NCBI RefSeq assembly: GCF_018977255.1
Contig: NW_024704743.1
Location: 109,060,001-109,124,000 of the forward strand
Reading direction: 5' to 3'
Source: Callorhinchus milii
Lineage: Eukaryota
DNA length: 64,000 bases
The translations under genes were made by a program, and so were the position numbers. Within the stretch, counting starts at the first letter, position 1; each line of letters opens with the position of its first letter. The notes below the pieces were generated by a model. That model searched no databases. It had not been told where the DNA came from and saw only the letters and a program-made list of their open reading frames with translations. Positions 13,271 through 26,913 of the stretch are shown here, piece by piece.

Positions 13271-15419
13271 TCTCCCACAATATAAACTACTGAACCACCA
13301 CTAGCCACATAAGATACAAGAGCTGTAGGTGACAGTGAAATTCTGGTGACAGGGACGCATTTGTTTTGGATAAAACATTCAATTTCAATTTTATTATTTT
13401 CCTTACCTCATTTCTACTTTTCTACCCATCTATTCTGCTGTACAGACCAAATAGGTTCATTCCCTGGTCTCTGCTGGTGGTAATGAGAGTGCTAGAATTA
13501 GCTTCAATAAACTAGGGAAGAGAATTTTAGTCAGAGCTGACTCACAGCTCCATGATCTCGCTTCAGCATTTCACCTAAAGTGACCATTCTCCATGTGTGA
13601 GCCAAGACAGTGAGTTCCTATTTGACAGCAGGTTTGAACAAAGGAAGGGCAGGTCAAAGCTTAACCCTATCTTATGACTTTCTTATGTATGTATTCATAA
13701 TATTCATATTAGCTTTAACTTGTCAGAACTGTCGTTCTTCATGGGCGAGCAGTGAGTGAGTATTGAAAGATTATTTTGATCATGGAAGGCATCACAACAG
13801 AGCCCATTTCTGTTTTCTTCCCATCCTCATCTTCTTAGCATCACTGTCCTCTCCCTCCTCTCCCTTTCCCCGTCTTTTCACCATCCACAGTCCTCTCCCC
13901 AGACCCCCATCCTCCTCCCATCGCCATCCTCCCCAATATCTATAAATTACGAACTTTCCCCAGGAGCCATGGCTGATTTTACCTTCCCTTACCTTGGGGC
14001 AATGTGATCGACTGTATTTGCCAGTTTAAAAGTCAAACCTCATGTAACAAGCTCTGTCTATCGAGCTGTATTCTAGATCTCTCATTTTAAGTTTTCAGTT
14101 TCCAATATAATGTTAAAATTGCTCAGTTGAGTTTCTTTAGAGTGGATCTCAACGTCTGGCTGAATGCTTTGCTCTTCTTACACAATAGGGCCATTCTACC
14201 TTCAAAGCCCTTTGGTCAAAGCCAAGTTGTCAAATGGCCATTTTCAGACTTGTTTCAACAGAGACCACTCAGCAAAGAAGGGGGCTTTTTAGAGGAGGTT
14301 GGTTGTGTTGGGTTACATTGGGGTGGGTGGTGAGAGAAATAGGGAACCACACCATTGGACAATTGTTTGTGTGGGAATAATATATTTTTAAATATACATA
14401 TTGTTGCGTCATTATTTTTGTTACGTTCATTTTGCACTCCTTGCTTTTCATCTATTAATAGAGGCGATACATGGTGCAAAACCACATTATTCAAATAAAT
14501 GAATGAATGAATGAATGAATGAATGCTAATGTGAGCAACTGAGCATTTTAGCTTTTTTTTGTTTTGCTATTGAATCATGCTGTAAAGATCCCATAATGCT
14601 ATTTGAAAAAGAGAAGGAAGTTTAATCCGGTGGCCTGGCCAACCATTCACCATGTGAATTGATTAGAGTTCATAGCTGTTTTGGTGGACCTTGCTGTGTG
14701 CAAATTGGCTGCGACATTTTTGCCTTCGATTACGTCTAACAATTACCTGTGAAAGGCTTTAAGATGTTTTGATGGTGTCAAATACAAAGATTATTATATG
14801 ATACACTAAAACCCCAGCTAACCAAATGGGGAGTGGGGGGATATCTGATGCGGTAAGCCAGAATTTCCAGCTAAGTATAATTACAATGCCTATACTGGCA
14901 TTTATTGGTGCCAGCTTTTTTCAGCGGCAAAACATGTGGGTAAATCTTGCTACCGGCAATGTAATTGTTTGAATCTCATGAGCAGAAGATAGAATAAGCT
15001 ATCTTCTGCTCACGAATTCAAACTTAGTCAAAGTCGATATCTCTGGTCACTGGCTCAATGTCTGTCGTTTGCTTACAAAATACAGTCACTACACTTTACA
15101 CAATACCTTGAGAGATGCTTTGAGACGTCCACCTGACGTGAAAGGCGCTATATCAAGTGCAAGGTGTGTCATTATTTATTAATGTCATTCAGCAAAGAAA
15201 CCTCAAAATGACAATTAGGCCTCGAATTTCTGGACATAAGAGAACAAACTGCCAAGAGCAAACTCTGAGGATTATTTGAATGAGTACATATGTGATTTAC
15301 TGGTGCATTGCAACTCGAAACAGTCATTTCTCATGCTGCCAACTAATCTAAATGATTCATTTATAGATTAGCTTTAATAAACTTTCGACGAATACTGGAA
15401 TTTTTTATTTGCGTTGCAG

Positions 15420-15514
15420 AATGTGAAACCCCAATCATGCTTCAGCCTACAAACTCAAGTGAAAAGACTCAGCTTATTGGTGACAGCCATCGTAGCTACA
15501 AAACAGATGGGTAG
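15420..15514 (+). CDS. DNAJC5B: DNAJC5B coding exon 4 (terminal)
   Basis: gttgcAG|a, (E)CETPIMLQPTNSSEKTQLIGDSHRSYKTDG*. Total CDS is 588 nt (195 aa). The LQPTN..EKTQLI tail and the position next to TRIM55 and CRH favour the B paralogue. AATAAA at 15520-15525. Confidence 0.9.
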
Positions 15515-18500
15515 AGTTCAATAAAGAATAGGAAGCCGAGGTTTAACCTGAAACAACCTTTATGATGTGGACATGCCATATAGAGGGATTATGACGTTCA
15601 CCTGGAAAATGAAGCAAAGTAACTGCCACTCCTGATGTCAGCTAAAAGAGTCACTTCAGATTCACCTGTAGCTGTAAAGTAGTTCAAAAACATCTGTGTA
15701 AGAAGAGTTAAAAGTTACTTGTTGCTCTAAATATTTCAAAACCCAAATCCCTGCTTTTATGGGTGTTTCAAATCTTACTTTACCTTGATATCATGACTTG
15801 GAAACGAACATATTGTATCATAATTCTGAATATTTGCTGGTGACCTTTGTCACATTCACTTTGCACGTTTAACCCACCTGCCCTTTGACAAACGGTGTGC
15901 TAACACTTCATTGTGGTTGTGTATAGCAAATGTTAACTTCATCAAGTAGATGCACTATGATTGATTCTCTTGAAGAAGTTAATTGGAAATTAGCAGCACT
16001 TTGTAGAAACATATATTATATATATTTTTATACAGTGCTTTTCACCTCAGGAGGATATCTCAACAAACTTGACACTGCAGGTTGGACACCCAAGTTTGGC
16101 GTGGAAGCCGAATGTGATGAGATATGTATGAACTTTGAAAGCTACAAATGGACAATTAAAGGATGATGCTCCGATTGTCAGCAAGTTCAGCAGGGAGCAT
16201 ATTTACTAACCTCTCGCAGGGTGGGACACTTTTTCTTCAATGGGGCTCTCATTATAAGCTACTATAACTCTTTATAGCCGTTATAATTCTTCATAACATT
16301 ATCTTTCCATTTACATTTTCAAGACTGAGGTGGACAGATATTTGTTAGGTCAGGTTATTAAGGGATACTGGCAAGGTTGGGTAATTGGATTTAAGGTACA
16401 GATCAGCCATGATCTTATAGAATGTCAGAAGAGGCTCGAAGGGCTGAATGGCCTTCTCCGGTTTCTATGTCTATGGTTCTATCTATTTGTCTTGAGAGTC
16501 GTCATTTACTAAACACAATCAGAGTCATAAAATGAGGCACCAGTGAGTAGTAAAACCACCGCTTAGATAATTAACTGAACACTTTAAGTACAGACTGGGC
16601 TGTGTATGTACTTTTTAATAAAGTTCCTCAGGTTAAACTTGTAATCAAAAGAATATGAACTGGTGTGATTTAATCATTGGTTTTGCTAATGTACTTCTCA
16701 ACTACGTACAACCATTTACATTCAGCTCTCTGATACTGAGGCATTGATTCTCTGATTATTGATAAACTTACTAATCTTGAAAGATAAGCACATTTCATTC
16801 ATTGCTAGTAATTCTTTGACTGAAGAATCGGTTTTGTTTTAACTCTAATGAATTTATCTTACAATCGCTAAATATAGCACTTGATCACATCTATAATGAG
16901 ACTCACATTATCAGAGCCCCATTCCATTCTCACACTGCAGAGGTCAGTAAATTTACCGCCAGCAGAGAATCATACACACTGACCTTCTAAACTTTGTTAA
17001 AGTTGTTGACAAAGTTGTTGAGAATTGTCCTGTGGTTTTGAAAGTACACATATTCCTCACATAACATGTTTCTATGATGTCCTGCTAATTTTCAATCCTA
17101 TGCTGAAACGAAATAAGAGGTGAAACTATATTCTTATTGCAACATATTGAGCTGCTGAAATATTCTTTTGCTATTTAACAAATTATTGCAGTTAATACAT
17201 CTGCTGCGATGGGAATAGAAGATGGATATTTTTCAAAAAAAGGAATGTATTACTTAAGTAAATATATGCATGACTTTAATGGAGGGTCAATTTCTGAATT
17301 TAAAATAGCCTGATTTTTCACAAAGGTACATCCATTTTATCAAAATTATGTTAAAAATCAAGTCACTTAAATGAACTATTTTTGATTGTGTAGTGTACTT
17401 GTTTTCTGTAACTTATTATATTAAGTTGCTGTAATTATTGCTTTGAAACACTACAGTACAGTAGTCATCTTGTGTGTGATTCTATTGTATGTAACATACC
17501 TCTCGATTTGTAAAGACTAAAGCTTAAGTTAATCATTTCCCCCGGTTCAGGCCAGTGTGTGAACATCACTTGTGTATTGGTGTAGATTGATTATTAGGAT
17601 TATTTGCCTCTTGGATTTTAAATGTTATATTTATTTCTTCCAGCTCTACATTCACTGACCAAGTTAAATACTCTGCTTACATCAACCTCATTTTTTTCTA
17701 AGCAAAAACAAGGTGAAAACAAAGCCTTGCCTCAGTTTTCCTTCATAATTTAGTTCCTCATGGCTTGGAATCATCCTGGTAAAGCTTCACTACTTACTGT
17801 CTCCAAGCCAGAGCGCATTTGCCATTTACCACCTCCTTCTATCTCCAACAATTAATCACTTGCCTGATCTGCCATCAGTTCTATCAGTTTTAACCTACAT
17901 TTAGTAATAAATAAATAAACCATCCATAAAGGCACCATATTTGATATTCTAATATTAGCAACTAGTGTAGGTACAACAATAAAGGAAATAACATTTACTT
18001 TCTTGTACCACACAGAGAAAAAAATCTGTACTACAACTTGTATTTAAAGAACGCCTTTCGAATAAAAGAACATCTCAAAATCCTTGACAAATATAAGGTG
18101 ACCAATAAGAGATTTAAAAATGCTGACCAAAGCCAATTATTTAAAATATAAGAAGGACGAGACCCATAAACAAATTAAATAAAGGATACCTGGTAGTCAT
18201 TACAAAACAATTTCACTTTCGAGTTCAGGTGTATAGGAATCTGAACTATCGTCTAAAATCCAAGGTGAAGGTGAGATTACAGCCTTCAATGGTACAGATG
18301 GTACAATGGTTGTGTGCAGCTGAACATTGCACAACCAGTGCACTAATGGAAGGTCACACAATTGAAACGTTCAGTCACCAGATTACACAACTGAAGGTTT
18401 TCCATGATATTTATTTCATGCACATACAAATATGTTAGTAATATATGTAATGCAGTATTACATTAGTAATAGGTACAATATATTTCATTACTACAGCTTA

Positions 18501-19112
18501 CATTTATATAGGGCCCTTCACATAGGAATAACATCTTGAAGCACTTTATGCTACATTCTGAGACATTAAAAATCATCAAGTGACTTAACTTCTGTGAAGG
18601 AAGAAAACCCCAAGCCATATGCAAATTATTATTAAAGGGTCAGGATGCCTTCCATGTAGCAAAGGATAAATCAGCATTTGTTTTAGCTTGGTATTTTATG
18701 TTTGCTTTTGCTCATGTTTGACAGATGAATGTAAGTTCGAAGTGTCGGTAAAGAAAAAGTATTTGAAATAGAATTTGTTTGCAGTAACAAAATATAATTA
18801 GGGTCGCACTGGAGCTGCAGAAAGGAGAACAAAATTACAAACAAAGTCTTTGTAAAATGTCTGCGACCGGTTAAGTGATTCAACATTTATGTTTTGTGTA
18901 TGTACTTACTATCTGAGAGAATTGGGATGATATTAAAAAGGTGCACTGTTCTAAATAAAGGCAACATCGATGGAATTTTGACTGTAAGTCTGTGTGTAAC
19001 AAATCCACACCTTTTCCTTTAAGTATTTTGTGTCCTTGTTCAGATACATTTATTTACCAGCTACTAGGTATTACCAGACTGCTGACAGTGGTGCTCTGTG
19101 AACAACTCTCAG

Positions 19113-19436
19113 GAACAACAACAACAACAACAAGATGACATTCGTATAGCGTCTTTCGTGTCGGGAGGACGTCCCAAGGCGCTGGACAGAGTACAGCATT
19201 TCAGACCCGAGCTGGGGTTGGGGGGGGTAAGGAGGGGAGGTGACGGGGTGGCCGATGGCACGGTCGAAGAGGAGGGTCTTGAGGTGGGACTTGAAGGAGG
19301 CTAAGGAGGGGTCGAGGCGGAGTGATTGGGGGATGGACTTCCAGAGGTTGGGGGCAGAGTGGCTGAAGGCTCTCCCGCCAATGGTGGGGCGGGTGGGTCG
19401 GGGGGGACGTGGAGCAGGCCGGAGCCGGCTGAGCAA
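19113..19436 (-). mobile_element. L2 LINE 3' end
   Basis: GGRAFSHSAPNLWKSIPQSLR...SFKSHLKTLLF C-terminus, and a (TTG)n tail after gggacgtcctcccgac. Confidence 0.85.
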
Positions 19437-20180
19437 ATAACCCTACTTGTGCCAAGTTATGCATCCACATTGCTATTGCTTTGTTTCACCGCTCATCAGC
19501 CTTGGCTTAAAACAACCCCCAGTGAAACGTATACAGCGCTCCGGGAAATAAATACATTCCCAGTCTTTGTATTCCCAACGTAATGCAGTATTTCGCATCA
19601 GTTACCAGTCTCACATTTGACATCAGGAATCAGCGGGCGACATATAACCCGTTTACCTTTGATCCCAAAATAAGGTACTTCTGATAACTTTGCTCCTAAA
19701 AAAAGGCTCATTCTTAGACTTGACCTGTTTCCAGATAATAATAATAATAATAACAATAGCAAATAACAAATAACAATAATAATGACAATAAATGTCATTG
19801 CGTGCAACAAATTGCAGGCAATTTTATTCCGGACAAAAAAAAAGAGCGTGATTATTTGCTTTTTAAAATAAAAAGTTTTTTTAAACAAAAAAAAAAGAGT
19901 CACCAAAGAGTGGAAAATAAGGGTCTGGTCCCCATGAAGTCCCTTCCCACCATCCAGGGATGATGCAAAGGCATCAGTGCCTCTCAATCCCCCCCCAACA
20001 CCAGAGAGGGGGGAAAAAAAAAGATAGTCCACTCTCCCAAAACGATCAGCACAACACGCAACACGCAAACACACACAAAAAAAAATTGATGCATATTATA
20101 TATATGTTATTGTATTAAAAATTTTTAAAAATTACTGAATCATTTGACACGGGAGCAGCAGAAACAAAACGTGGACGAGC

Positions 20181-20253
20181 CGAGCCAGGTAGGAGTCGAA
20201 CCTACAATCTTCTGATCCGTAGTCAGACGCGTTATCCATTGCGCCACTGGCCC
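20181..20253 (-). tRNA. tRNA-Arg-ACG: tRNA-Arg (ACG)
   Basis: GGGCCAGTGGCGCAATGGATAACGCGTCTGACTACGGATCAGAAGATTGTAGGTTCGACTCCTACCTGGCTCG, 73 nt. Stems pair (T-stem GTAGG/CCTAC). TTTT terminator at 20166-20169 on the minus strand. Confidence 0.96.
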
Positions 20254-20317
20254 CGCGGAGAACTGCACTCAGCAAACCCGGGGATACAGCTACAGTGACA
20301 GATACCAACCAACAGCC

Positions 20318-20670
20318 CCACACACACACACACACACCACACAGCACCACACACCACACACATACACACACACCACACCACACATACACACACACACAGC
20401 ACCACACACACACACACAGCCCCACACACACACACAGCCCCACACACCACACACACACACACACACAGCCCCACACACCACACACACACACACCCACACC
20501 CCCCCACACACCACACACACACACACACACAGCCCCACACACCACACACACACACAGCCCCACACACCACACACACACACACCCCCCCACACACCACACA
20601 CACACACACACACAGCCCCACACACCACACACACACACACACACAGCCCCACACACACACCCCCCCCCAC
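20318..20670. repeat. compound (CA)n / cagccccacacac simple repeat
   Basis: Seen directly. Confidence 0.95.
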
Positions 20671-20844
20671 CACCGTTAAGTGCAGATGCTCTTGTCCTCA
20701 GCATCCCCCTGACCCCCACACACACTGTGCTATGGCAGAGGGAGGGAGGGAGGGTACAGCCTGACCCCCCCGAGGGCTGGTCTCCACCAGCACCACAGCA
20801 GCTCAGCTCCAGCCTCTGAGCCACAGCTGCTCACACAGTCTGGT

Positions 20845-21601
20845 ACACCCCCCCCCCCCCCCACACACACACACACACACAAGGACCCCCCCCACACACA
20901 CACACACAAGGACCCCCTCCTCACACACACACACACACACAAGGACCCCTCCTCACACACACACACACACACAAGGACCCCCCCCCCACACACACACACA
21001 CACAAGGACCCCCTCCTCACACACACACACACACACACACACAAGGACCCCCTCCCCCCCCCCCCCCCCACACACACACACACACAAGGACCCCCTCCTC
21101 ACACACACACACACACACAAGGACCCCCTCCTCACACACACACACACACAAGGACCCCCTCCTCACACACACACACAAGGACCCCCTCCTCACACACACA
21201 CAAGGACCCCCTCCTCACACACACACACAAGGAACCCCTCCTCACACACACACACAAGGACCCCCTCCTCACACACACACACAAGGACCCCCTCCTCACA
21301 CACACACACAAGGACCCCCTCCTCACACACACACACAAGGACCCCCTCCTCACACACACACACAAGGACCCCCTCCTCACACACACACACAAGGACCCCC
21401 TCCTCACACACACACACAAGGACCCCTCCTCACACACACACAAGGACCCCTCCTCACACTCACACAAGGACCCCTCCTCACACACACACACACACACAAG
21501 GACCCCCCCCTCCTCACACACACACACAAGGACCCCCTCCTCACACACACACACAAGGACCCCCTCCTCACACACACACACACACACAAGGACACCCCCC
21601 T

Positions 21602-21641
<40 letters not shown>

Positions 21642-21960
21642 GGACCCCCTCCTCACACACACACACAAGGACCCCCTCCTCACACACACACAAGGACCCC
21701 CTCCTCACACACACACAAGGACCCCTCCTCAAACACATACACACACACACATCAGGACCCCCTCCTCAAACACACACACACACATAAGGAACCCCTCCTC
21801 ACACTCACACACAAGGACCCCCTCCTCACACACACACACATAAGGAACCCCTCCTCACACTCACACACAAGGACCCCCTCCTCACACACACACACACAAG
21901 GACCCCCTCCTCACACTCACACACAAGGACCCCCTCCTCACACTCACATAGACACACACA
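20845..21960. repeat. minisatellite, unit aaggaccccctcctc(ac)n of about 25-30 bp
   Basis: Dozens of tandem units with variable CA tract length. Confidence 0.95.
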
Positions 21961-21999
21961 TTGCAATCCATAAATTGGATTTAAAGGCTCCCCCAACAC

Positions 22000-22405
22000 A
22001 CATTATACACTCAGACTTCACGATCCTCACTCTCGTGTTCAAATCCCTTCACTCCCTGGACCTCCCTACCTCTCCGACCTCCTCACTCCCCAACCCACCA
22101 CCCGGTGCCTCCACTCGCCTGGCACCGGCCTCCTGCTTGTCCCTCACACCCTCTGCCCCACCATCGGAGGTCATGCTTCCAGCCATCACACCCCAAAACT
22201 CTGGAACACTCTCCCTCAATCCCTCCGCCTTGCCCACTCACTCCCCTTTTTCAAGTCCTGCTTGAAAACCTCCTCTTCGACCGTGCTTACTCCCACCTCC
22301 CCCAACACCACCACCCCGGCTTGGAGTCAGACTCCTCCACTGTTAAGCGCTCTGAGACACTATGCTGCGTGGAGGGCGCTATGTAAATGTAAGTTGTTGT
22401 TGTTG
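22000..22405 (+). mobile_element. L2 LINE 3' end
   Basis: ILTLVFKSLHSL... remnant and tail gagggcgctatgtaaatgtaa(gtt)n. Confidence 0.75.
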
Positions 22406-23084
22406 AGAATTGGATCTGACACATATGGAAACCCATCACCACACTTAACAATCCCCGAAACTAAGGAATACATAATTTCCGTTTGTCTGGTGTGTAGTAT
22501 GCACTCTATCCCCTGCTCATCTAACCAGGGAGAGTGGGAGGCAGATTGGGCTAACATTTTAAATGTGATTTAAAAAGTCAACCCAGCACAATACTTTCAG
22601 CTGCAACAAGTCAGCAGAACAAGTGGCTATAGACTTAGAGTTGCAAAGAGCAATTTCAGCGCAGATACCAGGAAGGTTACTTTATACAGATGGTAATCAA
22701 CAACTGGAACAGGTTGCCAGAAAAGGTGGTTGACGCTGGGGCACTGGACTCCTTTAAGAAGCAGGACCAGGATCTTGAACTCGATCCTTTGCGGGGTGGG
22801 GAGCCAGTGAACCACACCACACATAAACTTTGCAGTTTACCATTGTAAAGATTGATAAATGTCCTGCTACTCGTCCACCCAACCCGGGAAGGCTTTGTCT
22901 TGCACGGGTAACAGGAGCCAAGTGGGAATAATCCCTGCACCTAGTGGAGGGATTTACAGGGGATTTGCTGAGAAATACTAATGCTTGCATTTCACAATAC
23001 TCCAACACACCAATGGTGACAAACCAGCCAGCCGACCTGTTTCCAGCACCTGGCGGATCTGACCAGTCCCTATGACCGTATTTA

Positions 23085-24730
23085 CAACAACAACAACAAA
23101 ATTACATTTTTATGGAATCTTTCACATTGGGAGGACGTCCCATGGGCTCGACATTCAGAGTTTCAGACCCGAGCTGGGGTTCGGGATTAGTCAGGGCGAG
23201 AGGATGGCGGCGGGGGGAGGATGGCGGCAGGCGGGAGGATGGGGGCAGGCGGGAGGATGGGGGCAGAGGGAAGGATGGGGCTGGGGCCCAGGGAGGAAGA
23301 AGGGTGATGGAAGGCATGTTGGAAGAGGAGGGTCTTGAGATGGGTCTTAAAGAAGGGCACGAGGCGGAGAGACTGTAGGATGGGGTTCCAGAGGGTGGGG
23401 GCAGAGTGGCTGAAGGCCATCTGCCAATGGTGGGGCAGACGAGGCGGGGGACATTAAGCAGGTTGGAGCCCACTGAGCAGAGGGAGCGGGTAGGTTGGTA
23501 GGGGGTTAGGAGGTCACAGAGGTAGGGGGGAGCAAAGCCATGGAGGGCTTTGAAAGTGAGGACCAGAATCTTGAAGTGTATCCTCTGTGTGATGGGAAGC
23601 CAGTGGAGTCGGGTGAGGATGGGGATGATAGGGTCACTGAGCTTGGTGCGGGAGAGGACATGGGTTGCAGAGTTCTGGATGATCTGCAGCCTGTGGAGGG
23701 AGGCGTTGGGGAGGCCGAGCAGAGCAGAGAGTTTGCGTAGTCGAAGCTGGATGTTATGAATGCGTGTATGAGGGTCTTGGCGGCCTGCGGTCTGAGACAG
23801 TGGCGGAGCCGAGCGATGTTACGGAGATGGGGAAAGGCGGACCGGGTCATGGCACGGATGTGGGGGAATGAAGGTCAGTTGTGGGTCGAACAGGACGCCG
23901 AGGTTCCATATTGGCTCCGTGTGGTGTAGAACGCATCCATGGAGGGAGATGCGTCCGAGGTATGGAGGCGGTGACAGGAACCATGCAACCATGCATAACA
24001 CAGGATATTGTTAGTGTTCAGAGGGATTTGGGTGTCCTTGTACACCAGTCTCAAAAAGTTAGTTTGCAGGTGCAGCAAGCAACTAAGAAGGCGAACGGCA
24101 TGTTAGCGTTCATTGCAAAAGGTTTAGAGGGTTTAGAGTAGTCAAGTCTTGCTGCAACTGTATAGGGCTTTGGTGAGACCGCACCTCGAGTATTGTGTGC
24201 AGTTTTGGTCTCCTTATTTAAAAAAGGACATACTTGCCCTGGAGGGGGTGCAGCGTAGATTCACTCGGTTAGTTCCTGGGATGAGGGGACTGACCTATGA
24301 GGATAGGCTGAATAAACTAGGGCTATATTCTCTAGAGTACAGAAGAATTAGGGGAGATTTTATTGAAACATATAAGATTCTTAAAGAGCTGGATAAAGTA
24401 GACACTGAGGGACTGTTTCCTCTGGTAGGAGAATCTATAACCAGGGGTCACAGTCTTAAAATTAAGGGTCAGCCTTTTAGAACAGAGTTGAGGAAACATT
24501 TCTTCACTCAGAGGGTAGTGAACTTATGGAATTAATAAATTAGGTAATTAGAGTTAGGTCTGAAGATCAGCCATGATCTTATTGAACGGCGGGGCAGGCT
24601 CGAGGGGCCAAATGGCCTACTCCTGCTCCTAATTCTTATGTTCTTAGGAGGGCCTCAGTCTTGTTGACATTCAAGTGCAGGAAGTTAACTCTCATCCAGG
24701 ACTTGAAGTCTGACAGGCAATCTGTGAGTA
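23085..24730 (-). mobile_element. L2 LINE fragment (minus) interrupted by a CR1 LINE
   Basis: L2 homology (AFPHLRNIARLR..AAKTLIHAFITS; NLGVLFDPQL) runs to about 23975 and resumes at about 24648 (DCLSDFKSWMRVNFLHLNVNKTE). Confidence 0.8.
24000..24646 (+). mobile_element. CR1 LINE 3' portion
   Basis: LYRALVRPHLEYCVQFWSP...TRGHSLKI...FFTQRVVNLWN, ending in ttcttatgttctta. Confidence 0.9.
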
Positions 24731-24879
24731 TTTCCTCTGCAGTCCCCTGCAGTCTAAACCGTTTCAGTATAATCCCTGCCAGTGTAAATCCTGTATAAGA
24801 TGCTGCAAATCTCCTACTGAAATTCATGTACAGATCTGTTAAATGTTAGTGCGAATGCTGTATAATCCTCTTTGGGGAA

Positions 24880-25130
24880 TGCCAGTGCAATTCCTCTATA
24901 TTCCTCTGCTCTTGGTGTAATCCCTCCAAAACTCCATTCTGCTCCTGGTGTAATTCCTCCAAAAATCCCCTCTGTTCCTGGTGTAATTCCTCCAGAACTC
25001 CCCTTTGTTCCTGGTGTAATTCCTTCAAAAATCCCCTCTGTTCCCAGCAATAATTCTTCCATAATCCCCTGTGTTCCCTATGATAACTCCTCCATAATTC
25101 CCTGTGTTCCCAGTGTTAACTCCCCTATAA
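24880..25130. repeat. degenerate 33-bp minisatellite (ctgttcctggtgtaattcctccaaaaatcccct)
   Basis: Tandem units are visible and give 11-aa periodic spurious ORFs. Confidence 0.85.
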
Positions 25131-25471
25131 CCCGCTGTGGTAACTCCTCTGCATTATCTTCTGTTCCTCTCCAGTCCGCCTGTCCCCGTCTGTAATTAAT
25201 TGCTGTCTGAATCCCTCCTTTTTCCGCTGTTGTAAATTCCTCGCTGTGCCCCCTGCTGCAAGTGTAAGGACATTGCCCGGTCTGTAAGCCTGCGCTACAG
25301 ACACTGCCCATTAATCTTTTACTCTCTTATTTCCTCTCTTGCTGTCACTCTATTTGGTGGAATCCCCACTTGAAGCTTGTGTAAGTGTCGCCCGGTCAGA
25401 GTCTCTCCCCCCCCCCATTCGCCTCAGGTGCTCTTGTTCTTCTCTGATATTCGGTTAAGACTAACCCAGTG

Positions 25472-25565
25472 CCTTCGATAGCTCAGATGGTAGAGCGGAG
25501 GACTGTAGAAGTTGAAGCTTTACAAAGACATCCTTAGGTCGCTGGTTCGATTCCGGCTCGAAGGA
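25472..25565 (+). tRNA. tRNA-Tyr-GTA: tRNA-Tyr (GTA) with 21-nt intron (25509-25529)
   Basis: CCTTCGATAGCTCAGATGGTAGAGCGGAGGACTGTAG-[aagttgaagctttacaaagac]-ATCCTTAGGTCGCTGGTTCGATTCCGGCTCGAAGGA. Exons are 37+36 nt. TTTT at 25573-76. Confidence 0.96.
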
Positions 25566-26319
25566 CGATGTGTTTTGATTGGAAACAGTGGAAAAGTCAT
25601 TCATTCAATGCAACCCCTTCCCCCCACCGCCACGAAAAAATACACGCGACTCTTTGTTCAGTTCTTGAAGCTTTGCACCTTGATATGTTTCGCACAATGT
25701 GTGTGGGGGAGGGGGTGGTTGTTGCTTTATTTTTTTATTGTTTTAGTAGCTTTTACTGAGAATGTGGAATAAGAGCGAGTTTGGACGATTTGCAGCGCGT
25801 TTCATCTTGTTTTCCTACAGTTATTTAGCGCCTTTGCTTTACCAGAGTTATAATTCCCAGCAATGATCGATGTGGGGGCTACGGGGCGTTTGTGGGGGGA
25901 AGGGGCGGTTGCAGTGGGGAGGGGGGGGGTTTGCAGTGGGTGCGCCGGAGTCTTCATTGGCACCGAACCTTAGAACTTTCGCTGCATTTCACACTTTGCT
26001 GTTTGCCTTTTGCTCGGGGGGTGGGTGGGGGGGGGAGCGGGGGGTGGGTGGGGGGCGGAGCGGGGAGTGGGTGGGGGGAGGGTCAGTGAGCTGCTCCCTG
26101 ACATCTCTCACCATGTGTTAATTAATCGATGTGAAAGCCAGAACTTCCCTGGCTCTACACGGTGGGGTGGGGTGGGGGGGGGGCTAGAGAACCTGGAGTC
26201 CTCAGCCAGTCCCATTTTAACCCTTTAAATTTGTTTATTTGGAAGAAACGATAATTTGCCGGGTGGCGCTTGTCTGTGGATGATTTGTGCCTGTCTTTTT
26301 ATTCTCAATTTGTCCAACG

Positions 26320-26725
26320 ACCAACAAGTGAATTCTTCCCATTCAACACTCAGCTCCTATTAGCCCTGCAAACCAAAGCCCTACAGGGATGGGTGGTCCT
26401 AGGCCTAACTGGACAAGCAGGGAGAAAGTTTGGCCGACAGAAATGGCAAGCTATGCGGTTTGACTCCAGCAGCACCCCAACGCACACTCTGGGGTCCCCA
26501 AGCCTTGGCACCTCCCCAACCAGCGCCTAATACTTTCCAGAATTAGGCAAGCAGGATGCGTTCCTCCAGCGAGAGAGTGCGCATTCCATTCCAACAAATA
26601 TATCTCTGGGATTTCCATGTGTAGGTGGGATGCATGGAGTTCTTAGTTTGGTTTGGATACTCTTAAGCACGCTGTTGGGCTTCCACGTGTGTCAGACACC
26701 CAGCTGATCCCCCCCCAAAAAAATC
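26320..26725 (+). mobile_element. unidentified interspersed repeat (poly(A)-ended, retroelement-like 3' end)
   Basis: Alignable to about 7900-8600(+), 2620-2765(+), 22410-22520(-), 48418-48572(-) and 51624-52032(-). Most copies share a terminal motif like ctcttaagca.ggtgatgggtttccac.tgtgtcagacacccagctga, here followed by an A-run. Confidence 0.7.
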
Positions 26726-26839
26726 TGAATTTGTGCATTTCCCTTTAAAATGTTTAATTTTTTTTAGTAGCTTTTATAAGCTAGTGCGTTGTCTGAACGC
26801 ACAAAAGTGTTTCTGTGTTTTAGGAGTCTTGTCTCCCTT

Positions 26840-26913
26840 TGGAGAATATGGGCATATGATCCCACTACCTCTCACACGCTAAGCGAGCACTCTACCATTT
26901 GAGCTAATTCCCC
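26840..26913 (-). pseudogene. decayed tRNA-Ala(AGC) copy
   Basis: Reverse complement of the 30128 gene with several substitutions (many CpG-type) and a 1-nt insertion in the T-loop/B-box. Confidence 0.8.

Noticed and set aside
20132..21689. Cys/Val-rich ORFs and a superficially CRISPR-like repeat-spacer pattern
   Set aside because: The 'spacers' are just variable (CA)n tracts of a eukaryotic minisatellite. There are no unique spacers or cas genes.
24814..25195. ORFs with 11-aa periodic repeats (GITPGTEGIFG / EELHQEQRGFL)
   Set aside because: A product of the 33-bp minisatellite, open in several frames on both strands.
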